Shown here one piece after another: positions 36,101 to 46,560 of a stretch of DNA of 64,000 bases. The stretch lies in assembly GCA_026936335.1 (NCBI GenBank), contig JAPMXV010000062.1:1-64000 (forward strand), in the 5' to 3' direction. The first letter of the stretch is position 1. Each line of letters opens with the position of its first letter. Position numbers and translations under genes: made by a program. The notes beneath the pieces were generated by a model, which did not search any database, had not been told where the DNA came from, and saw only the letters and a program-made list of their open reading frames with translations. This stretch comes from Mantamonas sphyraenae STR306. Taxonomy: Eukaryota; Protista; CRuMs.

Positions 36101-37389
36101 GCACGTCCCACGACCTCGGACGGTGCAGGAAGGCCACGCACGCGCAAGGGACGGAAGAAGAAAAAGGCCAGCTTGCCGCCGCCAGAGGAAAAGTACACGG
36201 GGTACACCAACGAGGAGTTGTACGACACATATGTGGAGATGGACAGCGCGTTGGTCAACTCGATTACGGCCAACCATGTGCTGGAGCTCAAGCAGTACAA
36301 GCAGCCTCCCGAACTGATGCAACAGCTGATGAAAGCCACGATGGTGCTGTTGGGCAAATCCACCGAGTGGGAGGACATCCAACGCGAGCTCAAGCGTGAC
36401 TTTCTCAAGCAGCTTCAGCAGTTTGACCTCAACAGCGTCACGCTGCGCCAACTGTACAAAGTGCAACCCGTGGTGGACAACCCCGACACGACGGCGTCCT
36501 CTGTGCGCAACATGAGTGCCGCAGGCGCCGCCCTGCTGAGATGGCTCAAGGCCATCTACTGCAGCGCCCTCATCACCCGCGAGGCCAAGACACGCGACGA
36601 CTTTGAGGAGTATGCCGAAAAGCGGCAGGACAGCGAGAGTGCCGAGCGCGAGGAGCTCGAGCAGGCGGAGGCTGAGGCTGACGAACATGTAGAGACTCAG
36701 AGTGTGGACGAGCTGGAGGAGCAGGCACAGTCGTGGAAGGACGATGCACACGCCGTGGTGGAAGCCATTAAGGAAAGCGAACTGCGCGAGATGTTTGCAG
36801 GTGCACAGGCACCCATTCTGGTCGTGTTTGTGGTGGAGGCTACCATGATCCTGCTGCGCGCCAAGGGCGGCAAGTGGAGCGACGCCGTGGCCCTGCAACA
36901 GAACGAGGCCTACCTGGACATGATCCGAGAGTTTGACATGGACAGCGTGACCAACGGCATGCTGCACAAGCTGGAGCGCTATACAAGGATCCGAGTTTCA
37001 CCGTAGCCTCGCTGCAGGCCGTGTCGCCTCCTGCCGCCTCTCTGTGTCAATGGGTGCTGTGTGCTGTGGAGCACAGGCGTGTGCGTGCCGCCCAGGAGCG
37101 CAAGCGCAAGCGCAGCAAGGCAGGGTCGCCCAAGCGAGCCAAAACAGCCAAACCCAAGCCCAAGACCGCAGCGGAAATCAAGTTTGAGCACATGGTGAGC
37201 ATCTACAGCAATCCATTTCCCAACGCATCGCCGCGCAAGTCGCCACGCAAGCATCACCTTGACGGGGGGCACAACGACCACGAAGGCATGTATGCCGAAC
37301 AGCATGAGGACGCAGATGTGATTGTGATTCACCACGACGACGATGGCGAAGAGGAGGATGGTCTGTCGGACACGTCCGACGAGAATTGA
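33166..37389 (+). CDS. SH3-IQ-IQ-SH3-SH3 / K-E-A repeat / tandem dynein-stalk MTBD protein; 1-nt frameshifts near 34576, 34674 and 36984
   Basis: Three SH3 domains (A..DY...GWW...G.VPS), IQ motifs IQSIVRGRQAR and IQAVYRGRKTR, and three segments matching the dynein heavy-chain stalk tip. Confidence 0.8.
34055..34712 (+). repeat. Coding minisatellite, about 30-33 bp unit, encoding (KKK[Q]EEEAAAA)n
   Basis: Roughly 20 degenerate copies of AAGAAGAAGGAGGAGGAGGCTGCNGCTGCC. Confidence 0.95.
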
Positions 37390-37399
37390 GAATTTCATT

Positions 37400-38683
37400 T
37401 CACTCACTCATTGTCACCCCATGTCCAACTACCCCGCCAGGCAACTTCACCTTGCCCAAAGCCAACGTTTCGCTGTCTTGCACCAGCTCAAACCCACCGG
37501 AAAACATCTCTTGCGACTTGTCGTCCACAAGGAGGTTTCCGTCGAGATCACCCGACACCGCAAAGGGCAGCATGTGGGCAGCAATGGTGTTGCCCAACAC
37601 AGACACAACCATGATCCCGATCCACACAGACAAGCCATTCGCGTCAGCTGCCTGTGCAGCGAGCACGGCGTGGCGCAAGCCGCCAGCCTTTTCCAGTTTG
37701 ATGTTGACCCCGTCGACAAGCGGCAACAGCGTTTCAATGTCTGATACTGTGCGCATACTTTCGTCTGCAAATACGCAAGGCCCACACGCGTTGCATGCCT
37801 TCTTGGCTTCCTGCCAGCCACTGAACCATGAGTCGCGTTCGTTGTCCGGCACCGTTTCCAGCATGCCGAATGGCTGTTCGATCATCCACACGGCGTTGCT
37901 CAGTGATGGGTCGTCCTCCAGGAGCTCCACAAAACGCATACACAGCTCTGGAGTCCAGGAGGCGTTTGCATCGACACACAGGGTGAGCGTACTCTTCAGC
38001 TCGAGGAGCTTCTGCAGCACAGACACGCAATGTTCGACATCTGCATCTGCCTTTACCTTGATAAAGTCTGTGTGATGGATTCCATACTGTGCAGACTCCA
38101 TCATCTTGTCCGCAGAGTCAAGGCTGACCGTGTAGTAGGAGAAACGAGGCGCAGCGGACACGTTCAGCGCCTCCTGCAGGGAGATGCCTGCGAAGCGACA
38201 CCAAGCATCAATGACGGCATTTTCAATGCCGCATTTAGCTGCTCGGTCACACGAATCGCCATTGCACAGCGTATCCAGGCACCACAGGAGGCATAGAAAC
38301 ACCGGTTGCGGATCGGCAGCCAGCGGCTCAAAGACACTGTTCTTGATGCCTGCAAAGGGCTCGTAGTGTTTCCACGAGTCTGTGGACGATGCGTGCTCCT
38401 GTACAAGGGCACACCACCGTTCAAAAAAGGCCAAGACACTCGATTGGTCCGAGAGGTAGATGTGGGCCTTTTTCGGCGGAAGACCCACTTCGGCAATGCC
38501 TGTGTGTTCTGCCACCTGCACCTGCACCAACACATTGTATCTTTGCGACGTGGACGCGTGTGACGTGCCAAACGCCTGTTTGGTGCGCAGAGTGAGCGGT
38601 TTGACGCTGAGTTTCACGTCCGTGTCGTTCACAAGGCACACACACTCTGATTCACTCGCAGAGGCCTCTTTGGAGGAAGACAT
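37400..38683 (-). CDS. L-Ala-D/L-Glu dipeptide epimerase (enolase superfamily, MLE subgroup)
   Basis: KVK, VDAN, IEQP, ADES, NIKLEKAGG and DLDG motifs; intronless. Confidence 0.88.
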   Translation of the reverse strand: MSSSKEASASESECVCLVNDTDVKLSVKPLTLRTKQAFGTSHASTSQRYNVLVQVQVAEHTGIAEVGLPPKKAHIYLSDQSSVLAFFERWCALVQEHASSTDSWKHYEPFAGIKNSVFEPLAADPQPVFLCLLWCLDTLCNGDSCDRAAKCGIENAVIDAWCRFAGISLQEALNVSAAPRFSYYTVSLDSADKMMESAQYGIHHTDFIKVKADADVEHCVSVLQKLLELKSTLTLCVDANASWTPELCMRFVELLEDDPSLSNAVWMIEQPFGMLETVPDNERDSWFSGWQEAKKACNACGPCVFADESMRTVSDIETLLPLVDGVNIKLEKAGGLRHAVLAAQAADANGLSVWIGIMVVSVLGNTIAAHMLPFAVSGDLDGNLLVDDKSQEMFSGGFELVQDSETLALGKVKLPGGVVGHGVTMSE

Positions 38684-38693
38684 GCTCGAGGGA

Positions 38694-39588
38694 GGCAAAG
38701 GGGAGCACCTGCAGAAATGCTCTGTGTCGTGTTGGACGAGCGTGCGAGGGTGGCACCAACCAAACACCCCCACATCCACACACAAGCAAGAAACCATGTG
38801 CAAGCATATCCTCAACGCCCAAGTTGCCATCCGTGCGCCCTGCTGCAAGGGATGGTTCGACTGTGCCGAGTGCCACGCGGAAAAGGTGGACGAGGACCAC
38901 GAGCTGGAACGCGCGACGGAGATGACGCTGGCGTGCAAAAAGTGCAAAAAGGTGTTTCGTCTGGACATGGAGTAAGTGACAGGGGCGTGATTGGGGACAC
39001 AGGGGGTGGAGCAGGGGCGTGGGGACGGGATGGAGAGCGGGTGCGGATTTCGTTTTTGGCGCCAACGGATCGTGGGAAACGGCTGAGCCGGAAAGCGGAG
39101 AAGAAGGGAGGGAGAGGGTGAAGGGGAGCTGGGGAGGGTAGCGGACATTGGTGGAAGAAGGGAGGGAGGGCACATGGTGTTGGGATGTTGTATGGAGAGA
39201 GGTGGCGGGTAGAGTTTGTTGCAGGTTGATCTGGAGCAAGGAGAAGGGAGGGAGAGAGAGAGAGAGAGAGGGGATGGGAGGGGGTGGAGGTGGAGAGATA
39301 TTGAATGGGAATGGGGAAAGTGAGGATGAACGAGAGCCAGAGGGCAGCGTTGAGCTGACAAGGACGACGGAAAACACGCGCGGGGACACGCACACACGCA
39401 CAGACAGGCAGAGGAGTCGGACATGTACTGCCCGCGATGCGACAACTGCTTCTATGTGGAGGCAGTGACGCCGGAGGACAAGGGGCAGCTTGTGCTGCAG
39501 GTGGAGGCGATCGACGGCAAGGAAAGCGAGCTGATCCGCGACGAGCGCGTCAAGCAGAAGGAGCACTCCACAATGAGCTTCACCTACT
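38694..39588 (+). repeat. Left arm of a ~0.9-kb inverted repeat (partner 43753-44645)
   Basis: Reverse complement of 43753-44645. Differences are mostly in the intron. Confidence 0.95.
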
Positions 39589-39590
39589 AA
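38796..39590 (+). CDS. CHY-type zinc-finger protein, copy 1; intron 38972-39403
   Basis: MCKHILNAQVAIRAPCCKGWFDCAECH...CKKCKKVFRLDME|QAEESDMYCPRCDN...; stop TAA. Confidence 0.88.
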
Positions 39591-39644
39591 GCACTGCACT
39601 AAGCAAAGGTTTTGCTGTAATATATGCTTTTTTCAACCCTCAAC

Positions 39645-41610
39645 CTAACCCGTGCCAAACAACCCCACAAACTCGCTGTCGGGTTTGGTGAGCAACTCTT
39701 GCGGGCTTCCCTGCTCAACCAGCCGTCCCTGGCTCATGACGAGGACGTTTTCGGCGCGCATGACAATGCCCAGCTGGTGGGCAACAAGAAGTACGGTGCA
39801 CTGTTGAGCCATGTCCTTGACCACGTTGAGTAGATGCGTGGTTGTGCGCGCATCCACATGCGAGGTAAACTCGTCCAGCAGCAACACCTTGGGGTCGCGC
39901 AGCAGCACACGTGCCAGAGCCAGTCGTTGACGCTCGCCTGCAGACAGAAGCATTCCGTTCTGACCCACGACAGTGTCCAGGCCATCGGGCAGCTTGTCCA
40001 ACACCTCGTCGGCACCGGATTGCCTGCATGCAGCGAGCATGTCTTTGTCACTGGCGTCGCTGCGTGCACACTGCAGGTTCTTGCGAATGGTGTCGTGCAG
40101 CAGAAACGTTTCCTGCGACATGAGGCACACGTGCTGCTGCAGCGAGCGCCGCTTGATCAACTGCACCGGATGGCCATCGATGCGAATCTCTCCCGAGTCG
40201 ATTTCATACAGACGTGTCAGAAGGTACGCCAGCGTACTCTTGCCCGCGCCGTTGTGACCCACGATGGCCGTGATGCCACCGGGCTGTGCTGTGAAGCTGA
40301 CATCGTCCAGCGCCTTGCGTTCAGAGGTGTAGCTGAAGCTCACGCTGTCAAACTCGATCATGCCCCTGCATTCGGTGAGAGCAAGCAGTTGTGCGTCCTC
40401 GGCCTCCTCCTCTTCGTCCTTGCGGTCCTGCTCGTGGTCCAGATAGTGCAGAATGCGCGTGAAAGCCACCATGGCACCCTTGAACGCCACATGGATGTCT
40501 GTGAGCTGTAGGATGGGACGGTACAGGCGGCCCACGTAGTTTGGAAAACTGGATGATCAGGCCTGACGTGATGCCCTCGCGCACGACCACTGTAGCAAAC
40601 AGGTAAAACAGGATGCCCGATCCCATGGCTGCCAGGTAGAAGCGTCCCTGTGTGTACACACTCGTAGAAGATGCCGTTTGACGCCGTTGTCGCGCATCTT
40701 GTCCAGTGTATCGTTAAACTCGTCGATGCTCTGTTCCTCCAAACCAAACGTCTTTTTCATGATGAGTGCGGGCAGCGAGGTACTGGATGCCACATTGTCG
40801 TGGAGGCTTCCCACCAGATCGAGCGATTCAGAGCGCAGGGACGCCATCTGGCCGCTGAGGTGTCGGGCAGGCACGCGCAGCAGCGGTAGAGAGATCAGCA
40901 CGCATGTGCTCAGCTTCCAGTTGACATTGAACATGGTGTGCAGTGTGTAGAAGAACATAAACAGCTGGTAAGACACGCTGGGCAGCAGCGACTGCAGCGA
41001 TCCTCGCACGTACGAGAGTTGCGTGGTAAACAGCTGTGTGACATCGCCCCCCTTGTTGGTCGTAAAGTAGGACACAGGCATGCGCTGAAGCTTGGCAAAC
41101 AGCTGTTGTCTCAAGTTGTATGACACTCCCTCGCCCAGCTGGGCGCTCAAGTACTCTGTGTGTCGAGCCACGTCAGCGCCCCTGCCATGACCAAACCACA
41201 CACAGAGAGGCCATGCAGTTGCCAAGCTGCACAACGGCGTATCGCTTCCTCCTCCCTCTCCCTCTCTCTCTCTCTCTTGTTTGCATACCTTGAATCAGTG
41301 AGCCGCCCATAGAACCGGCCATTGTGCCGAGTAGCGACAACGTGAGCCAGTTCAGGGCCTGCATGTCCTTCTGCGGCAGGGCCTTGTCCACGAGTTCTTT
41401 GTACAGGCGTGGCTGCTGGCCGTCGCAGTAGACACGGACAATGAGCAGGAGCAGGATGGCCACAAGTTCCAACCAGAATGCGCCGAGGACGCTGCCCACA
41501 CGACGCATCAGCTCCCAGGTGATGGGCGCATCGTCGCTATTCTCATCTTTAGGAGCGTCCTGTGCAGTCACAGCCGGTGTCTGAGTGGCTGGTGGCTGCT
41601 CAGAAGACAT
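39645..41610 (-). CDS. ABCB/MsbA-type half ABC transporter; intron 41156-41288; two compensating frameshifts near 40660 and 40542
   Basis: TMD with LRQQLFAKLQRMPVSYF; NBD with GHNGAGKST, LSAGERQR, LLLDE and VAHQ. Confidence 0.85.
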
Positions 41611-41654
41611 CGGAGTGCACCCGCGGGCGCCGTCGACACCAGACCAGCTCAGAC

Positions 41655-43742
41655 ATGCGGTGGCAGACCTGGGCTGCAGTCATTGTGCTTGTGTTTGGCC
41701 TGAGTGCGGTTGTGCTGAGGCCGCATCAGCCCGACATCGACGAAGACGGGGGCTTTGTTCGCTATCAGCACGAGTGTGGCCTCAAGTCCCCTCGCGACGG
41801 GCCTGTGGTCGTCCTGGCGGGCTTCCGCGAATGGTTTGAGGAGCTGAGACACACTGTGGGTAGCATCCATGCACATGCACCAGATGTGCCCATTCTCGTG
41901 GTCGATGTCGGCTTGTGGCAGCCGCAGAGGCGCGAGGTGACACGCTGGCACAACGTGGTCCTGGATAACTTTCAGTATGAGGTGAGCTACGAGTGCAGAA
42001 CACACCGCACCTGCGCTTTGTTCGCATGCGTAATGCATTGCTCACACAGCCCGTTTCCACCGTGTCACCCCACACACACACAGCTCTACCCACGCCACGT
42101 GCGCTCGGTGAACATTTTCGCCTGGCGGCCGCTCCTGATCCACCAAGCACTGGAGAAACACGAACGCATGGTGTACATTACCAGCGGGGAAGATTGGCGT
42201 GCGTACAAGCATGTCTACGAGCAGATTGCCAGCGACAAGCGAGAGCTGGTTGTCGCGGGAGGCTCCACACACCTTCGCCCCACCGCCTGTACAGGACTCG
42301 CACTGACCTCGTGCACCCATCCATGTAAGTCGTCCCCCTGGTGACTTTGGCCCGTTCACTGTACCCCAATGCTGACATGGACATTGCCACGCTGGCACGC
42401 TGGCTGGCACGCAGATGCGTTCACCAAGGCGGACCTCCTCTTGAGCAAGCTGCAGGATGCACATGTATGTGCAATAGGTGCAATGGGGATCCGACGTGGA
42501 TCAGGCGCCGTGCGAGATGTGTTGCAGCCGTTGACGGATTGCATGTTGGAACACACCTGTGTGGATCCTCGCATCCTTTCTGACCACACGACCATGCAGC
42601 ACTGCCACGACTTGTCCGTCGTGTCTGCCCTCCTCCACACAAACAATATTCCCTGCCAGGCGCCCCTGGTGTCAGAGAGCATCGGTGGTGCAAAGGAAGG
42701 CGAGCGGAAGGCCACGGAATCCCTTGCGTCGCGCATCCTCTACCGCTGCACAGATGATGATTCAGCCCCATCCACACCCACACCCACCCCAATGGTGACT
42801 ACAAACGCCAATCCTGTGCCTTCCGATGCAGAGGTGCCGCATAGTCCTCCGAAGAGGAGGAAACGACCCGCGTCCAGGCTGACGATTGTCACCGCGGCGA
42901 ACGAACGGTTCTTTGAACCGCTGAAGAACTTTGTGGGCTCGGTGCACTTTTGGGAGCCCGAGGTACAGGTTGTCATTTGGGATCTGGGGTGCAACGAGGC
43001 GCAGGTGAGGGAGATGCTGGGCTGGGCACGGGTAACGGTGATGGCCTTTCCATTTGACAGTCTACCAGAGCACCTGCGCAACCTGAAGAATTATGCGTGG
43101 AAACCCGTGGCCATGCGCTACTCGGTGGAACGCTGGGGCAACATCCTGTACCAGGATTCGGGCCAGGAGCTGCGCCGTCCAGTGGATGAACTGCGACAGC
43201 TACTGGACAGCGAGGGCCACTTCTTTGTGGCGCAGGAGGGCAAAGAAACCAACATGAAGTGCTGTGGAAAGATGAAGGACCTGACAGCTCCTGGAATGTT
43301 TGCAGAGCTGGGTGCAGACGCAAAGGAGTTTGAAGGAGCGTTGATGTGTGCAGGCGGCATCCAGGGGTATGCCAAGGACAGCCAGGCGTTCTGGGACGTC
43401 CTTGTGCCCACCACACGGTGTGCTCTGACCGAAGCATGCATTTCACCGGCCGATGCGTCACTGGACAACCACAGGTACGACCAGAGTGCGTTTTCGTTCT
43501 TCATTTCTAGAGCGGGCATCCGCTGCCGCAAGCATCCGCGGTACTGGGCCAATCGCGGCAACCACCCAGAGGGGATCACCCGAGACCCAACCATGCGGAA
43601 CGACGTGCTGCTGTACACGCGGCGTTTGGAGCCCGGAGGCCAGTACGCGCAATTCCTCGACACACAGCCCCGGCTGGGCGAGGTCCAGCACGCCACAGAC
43701 ATCTCCATGTCGGCGTGGTCGACCCAAAAAGGCCGCCAATGA
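41655..43742 (+). CDS. Signal-anchored protein with two DUF1647-like (putative glycosyltransferase) domains; introns 41982-42083 and 42325-42414
   Basis: N-terminal TM. IVTAANERFF...GSVH...WDLG...FPFDSLPEHL...YAWKP...DSG...NHRYDQS, preceded by a degenerate copy (GSIH...DVGL...FAWRP). Confidence 0.7.
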
Positions 43743-43750
43743 AAACCAAA

Positions 43751-44543
43751 TCAGTAGGTGAAGCTCATTGTGGAGTGCTCCTTCTGCTTGACGCGCTCGT
43801 CGCGGATCAGCTCGCTTTCCTTGCCGTCGATCGCCTCCACCTGCAGCACAAGCTGCCCCTTGTCCTCCGGCGTCACTGCCTCCACATAGAAGCAGTTGTC
43901 GCATCGCGGGCAGTACATGTCTGACTCCTCTGCCTGTCTGTGCGTGTGTGTGTGAACCCGTGCGTGTTTTCCGTCGTCCTTGTCAGCTCAACGCTGCCCC
44001 TGGCTCTCGTTCATCCTCACTTTCCCCATTCCCATTCAATATCTCTCCACCTCCACCCCCTCCCACCCCCTCTCTCCTCTCTCCCTCCCTTCTCCTTGCT
44101 CCAGATCAACCTGCAACAAACTCTACCCGCCACCTCTCTCTCCATACAACATCCCAACACCATGTGCCCTCCCTCCCTTCTTCCACCAATGCCTGCTACC
44201 CACCCCCAGCTCCCCTTCACCCTCTCCCTCCCTTCTTCTCCGCTTTCCGGCTCAGCCGTTTCCCACGATCCGTTGGCGCCAAAAAACGAAATCCGCACCC
44301 GCTCCCCATCCCGTCCCCACGCCCCTGCTCCACCCCCTGTGTCCTCAAACACGCCCCTGTCACTTACTCCATGTCCAGACGAAACACCTTTTTGCACTTT
44401 TTGCACGCCAGCGTCATCTCCGTCGCGCGTTCCAGCTCGTGGTCCTCGTCCACCTTTTCCGCGTGGCACTCGGCACAGTCGAACCATCCCTTGCAGCAGG
44501 GCGCACGGATGGCAACTTGGGCGTTGAGGATATGCTTGCACAT
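43751..44543 (-). CDS. CHY-type zinc-finger protein, copy 2; intron 43938-44367
   Basis: Same protein as copy 1; stop TGA. Confidence 0.88.
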
Positions 44544-44645
44544 GGTTTCTTGCTTGTGTGTGGATGTGGGGGTGTTTGGTTGGTGCCATCCTCGCACGCT
44601 CGTCCAACACGACACAGAGCATTTCTGCAGGTGCTCCCCTTTGCC
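43753..44645 (-). repeat. Right arm of the ~0.9-kb inverted repeat
   Basis: Reverse complement of 38694-39588. Confidence 0.95.
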
Positions 44646-44678
44646 ACCAGCGCACACGTACCCATCTCATACGTTGTC

Positions 44679-46505
44679 ATGTCGTCCAGCAGTGCAGGTG
44701 AGTGGGAGGGGTCGCCAACGCGAGCGTTTTGCCTTTTGCGAATCAAACCGTTGCACGCGTTTCCTCCGATTGCACGTCAGGGACACCGCACTCACGCTCA
44801 TCTACCATTCCATCGGATGGACACTATGTGATGGTCTGTTTAAACGTTGGTCACAGACACCAAAAGCACCGTGGGAAGCGCAGGGGCGGACGAATCGGGT
44901 GGGGCAAGCTCGCCATCCGCACGTCCGGAGCCACAGAATGACGCAGGCGCCGCCAACACGGCAGCAACCACGGACACAGAAAAGAAATCAACGCAGGCCG
45001 ACAGGGAAACTCTGTCGGAAAGCCAGGGAAGCTCTGCAGAGCCGGCCTCGGGAGAGAGTGCTGGTGTGAGTTCGACGACGACCAAAGGGGCTTCGCCAGC
45101 GACGGACAAGGCCAAGGCTGAGGATCTGGACTTGGACATGCTCTCTTCATCCTCGGATGAAGACGAGGACGATGCGGAGGAAGAGGAGGAGGAGGCATTC
45201 GACGTGGACAAGGCCGGGTTCGCTGCGGCGACCAAGGCCAGCCGTTCGCGACATGAGGAAAAGAAGCGGGACAAGGCCGACAAGGCACGGAAGCAGTCGA
45301 GCACAAGCGGAAGCAAAAAGGGTGCCCAAGGCAGCAAAGGAGGCAGCAAAGGTCGACGCAAGGCAGGCAAGAGTGGCAGCGAGCAAGGGTCGTCGTCGGC
45401 GGGAGCCGAAGAAGAGCTGCCTGCCAACGTGCCGAGTGTCCAGCAGATGCGTGACCACGCACAGAGTCTGCAGCAGACGGTCAACACACTGAACCGCACG
45501 CTCAGCCGCAATTATTACGAGGAAGAAGCCGTGGCCAAGCAGCTGCAGCAACAGCTGGCCAACATGAACCGGCGGCTGCAGTATCTGAATGGCAAGATTG
45601 CCAGTTTGGAGGGGGGCGAAAAGGTGGAAGAGGTGGAAGCAGCAGAGAAACGGGCGGCAGACAACGCGGAGGAGGCCCAGGAGGAGGAGGAGGGACAGGA
45701 GGAGGCGCAGAACGGCACGCGACGGGCTTCGCCACAAAAGGAGCGGCAGCGCAGGCGCAGGGAAGTGGAAGAGAAGCGTATGAAGAAGCTGGAACAGGGA
45801 TGGAATGATCGATTCAACGTACCCAAGAGCAGAATCACCACATTCGACAGCGTGCGCGCAGTGCCCGAAGCGGACTACAGCGTGTCCAAGTACGTCGACG
45901 TCAACGCGTACTACAGCCCCATTGCCCTGAGGCCCAACGACAAGCGACGCAAGCCCAAGGGCAGCAAGGGAGCCAAGGCAAACAACAGCACAACCCTCTC
46001 GCTTCCAGACATCCAGGTGAAAAAGCCCACAGCCGCACAGCAACGCGCTGCTGTCGAGCGCCTGGCCAAGGGCAGCACAGCAGCGGACACCAGCGGCTCG
46101 GAAGCAGAGGCTTCTGGTGATGACACGGCAGGCACGCAGATGAACAGCAAGAAGCCGCTGCCGGGCATCAACGGGAAGCAGCAGAAGAAGAAGAAGCAAG
46201 GCGCAGCTGGATCGTCGTCGTCGTCTGCCAAGCAACACAGCAGCGGCAAGAAGCAAACCACCACAGCCGGAGCTGCAAAGTCGCCTGCAGCAGGCGTGGC
46301 CGCACGCAAGCAGGCACCCACGGCCGCATCCACAAAAACAACATCCACATCAAGCGGCGCCAGCAAACCGGTGACCCAAAGCGCTGCGGCGCCTCCTGCT
46401 GCTTCAAGCGCGGCCAAGAAGGGGAAAGTCGACGACGACAACGATGACGACGACTACGGGGATGACGACTTTGATGACTACGATGAGGACGACTTTGAGA
46501 CGTGA
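44679..46505 (+). CDS. Hypothetical low-complexity/coiled-coil protein; intron 44698-44856
   Basis: ATG TCG TCC AGC AGT GCA G|GTGAGT...CAG|AC ACC joins the 552-aa ORF; acidic C-terminus. Confidence 0.7.
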
Positions 46506-46560
46506 CACAATCAATGCAGCTGAGAAACACCCCCCATCTTCCCAACACAAAAATCACCGG

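Noticed and set aside
39634-39652. Telomere-like CAACCCTCAACCTAACCC near the inverted-repeat arm
   Set aside because: Too short and degenerate, and it overlaps the ABC stop codon; could be chance.
38694-44645. Inverted repeats as transposon TIRs
   Set aside because: The arms are host genes with introns, no transposase lies inside, and I see no target-site duplication.
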